From contig JBIKIW010000002.1 in assembly GCA_044361365.1 (NCBI GenBank), positions 137 to 64,136 on the forward strand: a stretch of DNA of 64,000 nt. Reading direction: 5' to 3'. Positions 45,358 through 54,847 of the stretch are shown here, piece by piece; position 1 is the first letter of the stretch; each line of letters opens with the position of its first letter. Origin of the DNA: Limisphaerales bacterium (GTDB lineage: Bacteria > Patescibacteriota > JACMRA01). A program made the position numbers and the translations under genes. The notes beneath the pieces were generated by a model. It did not search any database, was not told the DNA's origin, and saw nothing but the letters and a program-made list of their open reading frames with translations.

Positions 45358-45912
45358 TTATTTATTTAAACTAGAATAAAAGCTTAAAAAGCTTGAGTTT
45401 GTATTTAAAATATTGGCTTCCTGCCGACACCATTCTGACCATTTAGGACCTTGTGAATTTACTTCTTGCAAAAAAACTTCCCATTTTAGGTATTTATAAT
45501 CAGCTACTTCTTCTGGGTTTAAAGCTGGAAGCTGGTCACTGAAACCAACCACAACTGGGCAAATTTCATTTTCCATAATTTCATCTCGGCTAAAACAATA
45601 TCGATAAACAAATATTTCTTGCAAAAAATCCACTTTCATACCTAGCTCAAAATCTAACCTTCTGTCAGCCGCTTCTACTGAGGTTTCATTCAAACTCGGA
45701 TGACCGCAGCAAGTATTTGACCAAATTCCAGGCCAAGTTTTTTTGTCCAAACTTCTTTGCTGTAGCAAAATTTCTTTTTTGGAATTAAAAATAAAGCTAG
45801 AAAATCCTCTATGTAGCGGGGTTCGTTTTTGATGAACAGAAGACTTTGGTCGTGTTCCTACGACTTTATTTTGCTCGTCAACCAAAACGACATATTCTGA
45901 AATCTGTACCAT
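45358..45912 (-). CDS. idi: Isopentenyl-diphosphate delta-isomerase, type 1 (Nudix fold)
   Basis: LHRGFSSFIFNSKKEILLQQRSLDKKTWPGIWSNTCCGHP and ENE. I prefer the ATG at 45912. A 2-nt gap separates it from gatD. Confidence 0.8.
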   Translation of the reverse strand: MVQISEYVVLVDEQNKVVGTRPKSSVHQKRTPLHRGFSSFIFNSKKEILLQQRSLDKKTWPGIWSNTCCGHPSLNETSVEAADRRLDFELGMKVDFLQEIFVYRYCFSRDEIMENEICPVVVGFSDQLPALNPEEVADYKYLKWEVFLQEVNSQGPKWSEWCRQEANILNTNSSFLSFYSSLNK

Positions 45913-46050
45913 AAAAACCTTTATTTTAAAAGAAAAAATGCTTATTTTTAGCAACCCAAGTCTTCACTTGACAAAAAATTTGGAAAAACCAATTATCTGA
46001 TTTCTGATTTAATCAGATTTATATTTATTTATTAAAATTATTTTCTTAAC

Positions 46051-46635
46051 TTGTCTATGTCATTAGTCCCAATGGTTGTAAAAAGAACTCACGATGGTGA
46101 AAGATCTATGGATTTGTATTCTCGCCTTTTAGATGAACGAATTATCTTACTTTCTGAACCGTTCGAAGATCAAATGGCTAGTATTATAGTTTCTCAACTT
46201 TTATATTTACAAAGTGAAGATTCCCAAAAAGATATCACGATGTATATCAACAGCCCTGGTGGAAGCGTTACCTCAATGTGGTCAATTATTGATACAATGA
46301 ACCTTATCAAACCTGATGTAAGCACTGTTTGTGTAGGAATTGCGGCAAGTGCTGCTAGTCTTACTCTAGCTGCTGGAGCTAAAGGAAAAAGGTATATTTT
46401 ACCCCATGCCGAAGTTATGATTCACCAACCATCTGGAGGATCTCAAGGACAGGCTAGTGATATTGAAATTCAAGCTAAGCATATTCTTAGAACAAAAGAC
46501 CTCCTTCACAAATTTATGGCTGATAAAACAGGTCAACCTTTAGAGAAAATTGAAAAAGATATGGACAGAGACTCTTTTATGGATGCTAAAGAAGCTGTAG
46601 TATATGGAGTAGTTGATAAAATTATTGGAGCTTAA
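46051..46635 (+). CDS. clpP: ATP-dependent Clp protease proteolytic subunit
   Basis: [48 protein letters not shown]. Confidence 0.9.
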   Translation: MSMSLVPMVVKRTHDGERSMDLYSRLLDERIILLSEPFEDQMASIIVSQLLYLQSEDSQKDITMYINSPGGSVTSMWSIIDTMNLIKPDVSTVCVGIAASAASLTLAAGAKGKRYILPHAEVMIHQPSGGSQGQASDIEIQAKHILRTKDLLHKFMADKTGQPLEKIEKDMDRDSFMDAKEAVVYGVVDKIIGA

Positions 46636-46766
46636 ACAGGATAGATTTTTAGTCTGGGGAGGTAGTTATACTAATTATGTATGTAGATTTAGCTATAGAT
46701 TAGCTCTATACTTTATGTTAGTGTGCTTATTAGATATAAACCTAAAAATAAAATGAGCTTATTTTA

Positions 46767-46973
46767 TTAATCTAAGATTGGAATATCTTTGTCTCCTATG
46801 GAAGCATCACTAGATATTAGAGAGCTGCTTGAAGAATCAGAGCTTCTTATTTCAGAAACACCTTTAACTTCTGGTACTGTCTTGGCGGGTTTCTGATTTA
46901 TAAAATAGGCAACACCTACGCCTATAGTAAACATAGATATTAATGCCAAACCAAATGTTATATTTTTATTCAT
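46767..46973 (-). CDS. Small secreted/membrane protein (68 aa), hypothetical
   Basis: An N-terminal TM helix followed by a Ser-rich tail. Confidence 0.3.
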   Translation of the reverse strand: MNKNITFGLALISMFTIGVGVAYFINQKPAKTVPEVKGVSEIRSSDSSSSSLISSDASIGDKDIPILD

Positions 46974-47053
46974 ATAAATTTTAATAATTCTGATAAGTGT
47001 TATATAAATAATTGTTTTATTATTTTAAATAAATGTCGAGGATTATGGTTAAG

Positions 47054-48349
47054 TTAATTATTTTTTTGAAGTAAATCTAATAATGCAAAATAAGCAGGTT
47101 TTGGTTGCCAGTTGCGATCAAATAAATTTGGATGGTAGTCTTCCTTTTTACCTGGATATTTTTGATCATACCAAACATAGTTATCGGAAAATTGCCACAC
47201 CGTAAAACCAGTGCAGTTATCCAATTTAATACAGGCTAATAGGTAATTTTGGTAAGTATTAGCTTGTTTTTGCAGGTCTTCCTGAGATGGTTTTGAGCCT
47301 TTGTCTGCATACACAATTACATCCATTTCGGTAATTTTTACTTCCAACCCCAATTCTTTATAAGCATTTATAGTTTTATAGAGGTGGTAACTTTGAATGC
47401 TATTTGTGTCATAAGCAACTGCGTCTAATTTCTTTATATTGGTAATGTGGGATTGAATTCCAATTCCATCAATAGGCACGCCACCGCTCTTGAGTTTTTT
47501 TACCATTTCTAGAGCATTTTCTGCTTTCCAGTTACCGCTCCAAGATGTTTCTTTGGAACCAATGTATTCAATATGATAATCGTTATAAAATAATTTAGCC
47601 TTAGGATCAGCTTCTCGAGCAAATTTAAAAGCTAACTCAATATATTCGGGGACGCCATTTTTGCTATCGTTTCCAAGATATTTATCAAAAATATTATCCG
47701 TACGATAAATTCCAGGAGGTGAAGCCGTTTTAGAAAAATCTGCTAATACCTCGTTTGCAACATCCCAACTACCAATTATGCCCTTATAACGGCCAACCAT
47801 AGTAAATACATAATCTCGTAAAATATCTATCAGAGCTTCACTTCTTTTAGATTCAGCTAAATTCTCCAAATATGGTTCTACCCAATCAGGAATGCTACGA
47901 TACCACAATAATGTATGACCGTGTATCTTTATATTATTCTTAGTCGCATACTCAACTAATTTATCAATTTTACTGAAATTATATACATCCTTAGAAGTTT
48001 GAATGCTCGACCATTTCATCTCAAATTCGGGAACTATAAGGTTAAAATTTGAATTTAAAACAGATTTATATTTTGCATTATCTAAATCCTGAGATCGTAT
48101 TGCAGTACCTATTTGCAATCTTTTAGAAGTTTTATACAGACTCGTATTATTTTTCATCTCCAAGCCCAAATCACTAGCATTAGCTATAGTCAATTCAGGC
48201 TTTTTAAAATAAAATGTTCCCACACCAAAACCGAAAATTAGAACAAGTACAAGTATTACAAACTGTTTTATTTTTTTGAGCATTTTTGTAAGTATTTTAT
48301 TACAAGAAATTCTTAGATGTATTTTAAATGAATATATTAATTTATACAA
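47054..48349 (-). CDS. Glycoside hydrolase family 10 (endo-1,4-beta-xylanase-like), membrane anchored
   Basis: GHTLLWYRSIPDWV, WDVANEV (acid/base Glu) and ITEMDV (nucleophile Glu). Confidence 0.75.
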   Translation of the reverse strand: MYKLIYSFKIHLRISCNKILTKMLKKIKQFVILVLVLIFGFGVGTFYFKKPELTIANASDLGLEMKNNTSLYKTSKRLQIGTAIRSQDLDNAKYKSVLNSNFNLIVPEFEMKWSSIQTSKDVYNFSKIDKLVEYATKNNIKIHGHTLLWYRSIPDWVEPYLENLAESKRSEALIDILRDYVFTMVGRYKGIIGSWDVANEVLADFSKTASPPGIYRTDNIFDKYLGNDSKNGVPEYIELAFKFAREADPKAKLFYNDYHIEYIGSKETSWSGNWKAENALEMVKKLKSGGVPIDGIGIQSHITNIKKLDAVAYDTNSIQSYHLYKTINAYKELGLEVKITEMDVIVYADKGSKPSQEDLQKQANTYQNYLLACIKLDNCTGFTVWQFSDNYVWYDQKYPGKKEDYHPNLFDRNWQPKPAYFALLDLLQKNN

Positions 48350-48403
48350 TGGCTTGCCAAGTCTGAATAATTTGTGTCAGTAAATACACCGTTTACAATT
48401 ACT

Positions 48404-50142
48404 ATGAGCAACCCCCCATTCTTCTAATTCTGAAGACACCTTACCTAAAGCACCTAATGACAGGGAAAAAACTTTATATCTTAAAAACTATTCATTATTA
48501 TTTTGTGCTTTTGGTCTTTTTGCTCTGTTTTTACAAGTTACATCAATGACTCTATGGATCACAAGAAATGGTATATTTATTATCTTTTTTGTTTATATTT
48601 TGATGTACTTTATATACATGAGCTTCACATACTTTGTAGGTTTATTTGGTCAAAAATTTAGTTACGAGAAACATAAACTAGTCTTACAAAATTTTGATAG
48701 ACAGACAGAAGTACCGAGTGTTGATATTTACTTACCAAGCTGCGGTGAAGATTTAGATATAATTGAAAATACTTTTAAATACGTTTCTAAAGTTAGATAC
48801 AAAGGTAAATTAAATGTTTATGTCCTTGATGATTCTGGTGGAAGTGAGCTTGATTATTTAAGTAGTGAGTACAAATTTAGTTATATTTCCCGACCAAATA
48901 GAGGCGAGTGGAAGAAAGCAGGCAATATCAGACATGCTTTTGCGAAAACAACTGGTGATTTTTTGGTGATTTTTGATGCAGACTTTTGCCCTAGACCAGA
49001 TTTTCTTGAAGAAACTATTCCATATCTTGTAGAAGATAATAGAATTGCAATTTTACAAACACCACAATTCTTTAATTCATATAAAGGTCAAAATGTTATT
49101 CAAAGAGGTTTCAACTATAAGCAAGAACTCTTTTATAGAATAATCCAGAGTGGGAGAGATACTTTCAATGGGGCTGTATGTACTGGTACAAACGCTGTAT
49201 ATAAAAGAAAAGCTCTAGAACCTTTTGGTGGTACTGCATTGATGGGACATAGTGAAGATATGCATACTGGATTTAACTGCGTTTCTGCTGGATGGAAAAT
49301 TAAGTATCTTCCTTTGATCTTAGCAAAGGGTAATACTCCAGATGACTTGGCATCATATTTTACTCAACAATATAGATGGGCTTTGGGTAACTTAGAATTG
49401 ATAGTAAGTAAGAAGTTTTGGATAAGTCACGTTCCTGTACTTTTAAAAATGAATTATGTTGCAAGTATCCTTTATTATGCAGCCTCCGCGATCGGAGTAG
49501 TGGTTGCTATTTTGCCAGTTATATTAATAGTATTATTTTTCCCTGATAGATTGGTACGACGTAGCTTTGTTATTGCCTGGATTTGTAATGTCTCACCTTA
49601 TTCAGCCATTGTGGTCTAGAGCAAGATGGACGCTTTCATCGATTGGTGTTAGTAGATTTGTTGGTTGGTCAGCTTTAGCAGCCATTTTTGATATGATCAG
49701 AGGTAAGGAAATGGAATGGGTGGCCACAGGAGACACTAAACTTGCTAACAAACAACAAAGATACATATTATACAGAAATTTGTTTATCTTTTGGAATTTG
49801 GCAGGACTTGTGATTGTTTTGGGTGGTTCTATTGTTCGAATATTTAGTGAAAGTTTTAACTATAGAGGTGACTCAAATTGGCTTACAATCATGTTTTTTG
49901 CGTCTTTGTATTGTTTAATTAATCTAAGCATCTTATTCAATAAGAAAGAAAAAACTAATAAACTAATAAACTGGTCTACATCTTTCGAGCTTTTAAAATC
50001 AATCCAATTACGCTATGTGGCAAGTTTTGCAATTCTATTACTAGCTTTTTCTGGTCTATTATACGCCTCACTGCATTACGATGCTAACTTTGTTGTTAAA
50101 AACTCAAAAATAAACTTTGAACTACGCAAAAATAGTAAATAA
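48404..50142 (+). pseudogene. Synthase-type GT2 (cellulose/hyaluronan synthase-like), disrupted by a frameshift at about 49531-49619 and possibly a second one at a C6 tract (48412-48417)
   Basis: ORF 48546-49619 carries VLDDS, FDADF, TGTNAVY, SEDMHTG and QQYRWALG (QxxRW). The TM-rich continuation 49567-50142 is in the +1 frame. Upstream of 48546 the frame stays open for 46 codons back to 48408, and an ATG at 48404 is one nucleotide out of frame across the C6 run. Confidence 0.65.
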
Positions 50143-50143
50143 T

Positions 50144-51517
50144 ATGAATCTCTCAATTATTGGCACAGGTTATGTTGGATTAGTTACGGGTACTTGCCTC
50201 GCAGAAATTGGTCACCAGGTAGTTTGTATTGATAATAATCAAGAAAAGCTAGAAATATTAAAACAAAATAAAAGTCCGATTTATGAATTAGGCTTAGAAG
50301 ATTTAATAAAACAAAACACTGAATTAGGTAGATTAAGTTTTAGTGATAATTTAAAGGAGGCAGTAATTAACAGCGACGCCATCTTTTTATGCTTACCCAC
50401 TCCCGCCAACCACGATGGGACAGCTAATTTATCATTTTTATTTGATGTTGCTGGTAGTATTGGAAAAATTTTGCAAACTCTTCCAGCAGATGGCAAAACA
50501 AGAGTTATAATCAATAAAAGCACTGCTCCTGTGGGTATTTCAAGGATGTTAACTGAAAAAATCAGAGCCAATAGTCCAGTCGATATTTCAGATCGTTTTG
50601 AAGTTGTTTCCAACCCAGAATTTTTACGCCAAGGTACAGCAGTTTGGGATTGTCTAAATCCAGAAAGAATTGTAATTGGAGCCAATTCAGAATTTAGTAA
50701 AAACCTGATGCTAGATTTGTATAAACCATTTGAATCTAAGAATACTCCGATTTTAGTAATGGATACAGCTAGCAGCGAGCTTACAAAATATGCAGCAAAT
50801 TCTTTTCTTGCTCTAAAAATTTCATTCGCCAATGAATTATCAAATTTATGCGAAAAACTAGGAGCTAATATTGATTTAGTTACACACGGCATTGCCACAG
50901 ATTCCAGAATTTCACCCAAATTTTTAAACCCGGGTATAGGTTTTGGAGGGTCGTGTTTCCCTAAAGATGTATCAGCAATACACTCCATTGGTATAGAAAA
51001 TGATTATTCTTTTCAAATTTTAGAAGCTGTTATGCAGGTAAATAGGGATCAGCGACTTCATTTTGTTCATAAAATCAAAAAATTATTTGGTACAGATTTA
51101 TCAGGCAAAACTTTTGGGGTTTGGGGTTTGGCTTTCAAGCCAGGTACTGATGATGTTCGAGATGCTCCATCAATAGATATAATTGGTGAGATGATCCTTT
51201 TGGGAGCTAAAATCAAAGCCTATGGTCCTGAAGCGACCGCAAACTGGAAAAAGTTTACAAATTTAGATATTGAAACTCCTGCTGATCATTACGAAGTAGC
51301 TAAAGATGTTGATGCTTTGCTTATACTTACTGAATGGGATATTTTTAAAGCGAGTGATTTAAGCAAGGTAAAATCGTTAATGAAAAATCCTGTTATTTTG
51401 GATGGTAGAAACACATTTAGCTTGGAGGAGGTTTCCAAAGCTGACATTTATTATGAATCAATGGGTCGGCAAATTCTTAAGCCTAGAGCAAATAATAGCC
51501 AGTCTATTTTAATTTAG
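50144..51517 (+). CDS. ugd: UDP-glucose 6-dehydrogenase
   Basis: MNLSIIGTGYVGLVTGTCLAEIGHQV, GFGGSCFPKD (catalytic Cys), AFKPGTDDVRDAP. Confidence 0.9.
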   Translation: MNLSIIGTGYVGLVTGTCLAEIGHQVVCIDNNQEKLEILKQNKSPIYELGLEDLIKQNTELGRLSFSDNLKEAVINSDAIFLCLPTPANHDGTANLSFLFDVAGSIGKILQTLPADGKTRVIINKSTAPVGISRMLTEKIRANSPVDISDRFEVVSNPEFLRQGTAVWDCLNPERIVIGANSEFSKNLMLDLYKPFESKNTPILVMDTASSELTKYAANSFLALKISFANELSNLCEKLGANIDLVTHGIATDSRISPKFLNPGIGFGGSCFPKDVSAIHSIGIENDYSFQILEAVMQVNRDQRLHFVHKIKKLFGTDLSGKTFGVWGLAFKPGTDDVRDAPSIDIIGEMILLGAKIKAYGPEATANWKKFTNLDIETPADHYEVAKDVDALLILTEWDIFKASDLSKVKSLMKNPVILDGRNTFSLEEVSKADIYYESMGRQILKPRANNSQSILI

Positions 51518-51688
51518 ATACTTTAATAGGTTGCAGATTGATTAAATCAGTATATTAGCTTGTTACTTAGTATTATAGCCAATAAACATACTAGATTTTG
51601 ATCCACGAAATTATTAATATAGTAAGTTCTTGTATAGGATTTAAATTATAAATACTGAAGTAGCCCTATAAAATACTTAATATTTAAT

Positions 51689-52273
51689 CTAAACTCTTTC
51701 CCAATAACCTTCTTTTGGACCACTTGGACCACTTGGTTCTCCTGCCAAACAAACCTCACAAATTGGAAATATTTTTCCTGCTTCCAATTCTAAAATGTAG
51801 CCACAATCTTTACACAAATATTCACCACTTTCTGGTACAATTTGTCCCCACTTGTAGTAATCACCGTCTGGTTCGGAGTCTTTATAATTATTAGCAAAAT
51901 CAACCAGTCCTATTACCCAATCTGAGCTAGATTCAGGTCCAGTTTTAGTTTCTAAATGTTCAAAAGTATTTCCATTTTTTCTTAAAACGATTAAATTTTC
52001 ACCTGGATTTTTGACGTTTAGATTTTCTGACAAACCTATTAATTCACCGTCTATATCCAAAACTAAATCTGGATTGTTGGTTGAACTTTCCTCAGTTGTA
52101 AGAAACAAAACCTTGGCATCAACATTTTCTAAGTTGGCTCTTTGAGTTTCTAGGTGTTTAGACTGAGCCTCTAAAAATTTAGAATCTGCCTTGCAGGTAA
52201 AAACAAAAAGTAGATTTTGGTTGATCTTAGAAACTTCTAAAATTTCTTGATTTGCTAAAAATTTAAGCGACAT
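51689..52273 (-). CDS. Hypothetical protein with a C-terminal zinc ribbon (CxxC...CxxC)
   Basis: YLCKDCGYILELEAGKIFPICEVC. No other motif recognised. Confidence 0.45.
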   Translation of the reverse strand: MSLKFLANQEILEVSKINQNLLFVFTCKADSKFLEAQSKHLETQRANLENVDAKVLFLTTEESSTNNPDLVLDIDGELIGLSENLNVKNPGENLIVLRKNGNTFEHLETKTGPESSSDWVIGLVDFANNYKDSEPDGDYYKWGQIVPESGEYLCKDCGYILELEAGKIFPICEVCLAGEPSGPSGPKEGYWERV

Positions 52274-52339
52274 ACTTTTGCCAAAAACAGCCTAATTTAA
52301 ACTTTTGTCAATATAGTGAATTCTATTTAAAATTAGAAA

Positions 52340-53077
52340 ATGAATAATAGTTTACAGCCGATTGCTAAAGTACCTTTCTTAGGGCAAATGTATGAAGTTT
52401 TTTTGAACCCAAAGCAATGGCAAGAACTAAGATTTGATGGTAAGAGATTTTTAGCAAATCAGAGAATTGGCAGAGATTTTGAAAAATTAATTAGCGTGTA
52501 TGAAAAATTTTGCAAACAACAATTAGCCAAAATAATTGACAGGCAAGTAGCCAATTTAAGGCGAAAAAAAGTTGCTGTGGAGTTGATGTATACTGATGGC
52601 ATAAAACAATTTGCAAAACGCGAAAATTTATCCGTAGATGATTACCTTAAAAAAATTAACTACAAACAAAAATTGGAATATAAAATTGGAGTTTATGAAA
52701 AAGAATGGGGTATAAATGAAATCAACCCAAAACAGAAAAAATTTATTTTATACTTCAACCAAAGTTTGATTAAATACGACAAGGGACCTCATATTGAATA
52801 TGTAGTTGCGCATGAGTTAACACATGTTTTTCATCGAGATCATGGGGATCAATTTCATGCGACTCTAGCTAGAATATTCCCTAGAAAAAGAACCTCTGAA
52901 GAATTTTTTAAGACTGGAATCAGTAGAAGATTTGCTCTCCCAAATTTGGATATTAGCTATACTTGGCTATGGTTTATTTTAGCAATTATAATATTGGCTG
53001 GAATTTATTGGTTATTTGGGTTTGTCAGCAACTTTTGGCAAGATATATTTGGAGGCAGTAAAGGAACAGGATTTTAA
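52340..53077 (+). CDS. YgjP/DUF45-like zinc metallohydrolase with a C-terminal TM helix
   Basis: VVAHELTHVFHRDHGDQFH (HExxH...H). Confidence 0.6.
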   Translation: MNNSLQPIAKVPFLGQMYEVFLNPKQWQELRFDGKRFLANQRIGRDFEKLISVYEKFCKQQLAKIIDRQVANLRRKKVAVELMYTDGIKQFAKRENLSVDDYLKKINYKQKLEYKIGVYEKEWGINEINPKQKKFILYFNQSLIKYDKGPHIEYVVAHELTHVFHRDHGDQFHATLARIFPRKRTSEEFFKTGISRRFALPNLDISYTWLWFILAIIILAGIYWLFGFVSNFWQDIFGGSKGTGF

Positions 53078-53083
53078 AAATAA

Positions 53084-53791
53084 TCAGCTCAATTTAGTAG
53101 CTTCAAAGAAATTTTGAGTATTGTCTGTTGCTGGGTGTGTTGGAATTGGTGGAACAGGGACTTGCTTGCCTGGTCTTCTAAGTTGGGTTTTACCGAGCAA
53201 GTTTCGAGTTGTTAAAGGTTGATTCGCCTTCTGGTAATTATTGAAAAGTGCTTCTTTAGCTTTAATAGATAGTTCTCGAGCCCGAATTTCAGCCATAGAG
53301 TTTAAAAAATTGCTATCTAGAGAATTGCCCAATCTTTTTATTTTATCAGCTTTAACTTCGGAATTTCCTTGGCCAAAAATTAAGTATTCGTTACCATCAG
53401 TCTGTTTTTTCTGAACCAAGCTAGACTCCCAGCGCTTGTTTATTTTTTCGACTGTCCAATCGGCCATTTTCTTATTTAAATCATCAACATATGGATACCG
53501 CTGATATTTCATAATTTTTGGTTTGATAGTAAAAAAGAAGAACTTATAAACATAAATATCACTGTCTCGACCGTTAAACTTGCCCAAAGCCAAATAAGCA
53601 AATAGAAGAATTACAGGAATAGATGGGACCCAAGCCAAAACACCCAAGGTTGGAAATAATGAATTAACCACACTGAAAATCAAAACTCCTCCCAAAAAAC
53701 CACCTAATGCGTAACCAAATTGACGCAAGTTTAGAGGGCCCAAAATTTTATCTCCGGAGTCTAAAAATTGAGGAATTTGGTAAGATGCCAT
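53084..53791 (-). CDS. PrgI family protein (type IV secretion VirB3-like component)
   Basis: N-terminal MASYQIPQFLDSGDKILGPLNLRQFGYALGG followed by two TM helices matches the PrgI-family N-terminal pattern as I recall it. Confidence 0.5.
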   Translation of the reverse strand: MASYQIPQFLDSGDKILGPLNLRQFGYALGGFLGGVLIFSVVNSLFPTLGVLAWVPSIPVILLFAYLALGKFNGRDSDIYVYKFFFFTIKPKIMKYQRYPYVDDLNKKMADWTVEKINKRWESSLVQKKQTDGNEYLIFGQGNSEVKADKIKRLGNSLDSNFLNSMAEIRARELSIKAKEALFNNYQKANQPLTTRNLLGKTQLRRPGKQVPVPPIPTHPATDNTQNFFEATKLS

Positions 53792-53812
53792 TTATTTATT
53801 ATAACTTTAATT

Positions 53813-54694
53813 ATGCTTTCAGGCAAAAACGATCAAAAGATTGCTTTTCAAGTCACAAATGTCACTCCAAAAAGAAGTTTGGGGCAAAACTTTTTAGCCA
53901 ATCCTGGCATGCAAAAAAAAGTAGTCGATAAAATGAACGAACTTATTAATCTTTTTCCAAATAATAAGATATTAGAGATTGGTCCAGGAACAGGATTTTT
54001 AACCAAACATTTAGTCAAATTTCAAAAACCTATTTTGGCCATGGAGATTGATGGCAGAGCTGTAGAAGTTTTAAGAGCTGAATTTAGTGGGGAGCCATTG
54101 TTGCAGATAGTTGAGCAAGATGCATTAGATCAGGTTAACACAGGCTCAGAAATACTTCAAAATTTTCAACCTTTTACTCTACTCTCCAACCTACCTTTTA
54201 ACGTAGGTTCTAGGATTTTAGTCGATTTAGCAATAAACTTCTCTACCACAAACTTTTCGGTAATTTTGCAAAAAGAAGTAGCTCAAAAACTGGTTACAAA
54301 AGACATTACTTTTTTTGGGGCTTGGTGTAGATTATTCTGGGACTGCAAATTAGATTTTAGTATTGCCAAAAATAACTTTTCTCCAGCTCCTAAAGTAGAT
54401 GCTGCTTTGGTTACGGCTATAAATTTACTCAAAGAAAATACCCCAGAAAAATGGCTTTACAATTTGAACTTAGAGGAGAAAAAAATACTTTGTGAATCAC
54501 TTAAAAAACTCTTTGTTCATCCTAGAAAAAGCCTCAAAAATAATTTATTAAATTTGGGCTGGAGTAAATTAGAAATAGATCAGTTTATGACTGAAGCTAA
54601 ATTAGCCGAAAACGCTAGGTTAGATTTTGCAAACTATAAAAATATAATTAAAAGTGTATATTTTTTTGGCAGAAATAGAAAAAGTTATGTATAA
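53813..54694 (+). CDS. rsmA: 16S rRNA (adenine1518/1519-N6)-dimethyltransferase
   Basis: KRSLGQNFL, ILEIGPGTGFLT, SNLPFN. I prefer the ATG at 53813, which avoids overlap with the divergent PrgI-like gene. Confidence 0.85.
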   Translation: MLSGKNDQKIAFQVTNVTPKRSLGQNFLANPGMQKKVVDKMNELINLFPNNKILEIGPGTGFLTKHLVKFQKPILAMEIDGRAVEVLRAEFSGEPLLQIVEQDALDQVNTGSEILQNFQPFTLLSNLPFNVGSRILVDLAINFSTTNFSVILQKEVAQKLVTKDITFFGAWCRLFWDCKLDFSIAKNNFSPAPKVDAALVTAINLLKENTPEKWLYNLNLEEKKILCESLKKLFVHPRKSLKNNLLNLGWSKLEIDQFMTEAKLAENARLDFANYKNIIKSVYFFGRNRKSYV

Positions 54695-54847
54695 GTGCTT
54701 GATTTAGCATATTTAATAACTTTCATAGATTAACACTAGGTTACAGTCTAATTTTAACTAGGTTTTTAGCTAAAATCTAATCTATTTTTATTTGTTGTTT
54801 AGTGTGTAAGATGGTTGCTAATTTCTATTTGACTAAAGCCTAAAAAT

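Noticed and set aside
46685-46697. agatttagctata as a solo terminal repeat of MITE family B.
   Set aside because: Only an 8-12 nt match, with no adjoining element sequence. This is compatible with chance.
50281-50988. 235-aa minus-strand ORF inside ugd.
   Set aside because: It is fully antisense to a gene with unmistakable UDP-glucose dehydrogenase motifs. It has no motifs of its own and is a typical shadow ORF. The same reasoning applies to the other short antisense ORFs: 4339-4530, 5929-6141, 7991-8173, 8446-8664, 9348-9554, 11496-11789, 13570-13779, 17406-17624, 18232-18414, 18799-19023, 19458-19652, 22267-22509, 28362-28676, 30107-30379, 32386-32577, 33853-34230, 35177-35359, 35788-36033, 36291-36593, 37710-37940, 38643-38927, 39202-39732, 42427-42666, 43887-44072, 53707-53931, 57662-57886 and 63553-63753.
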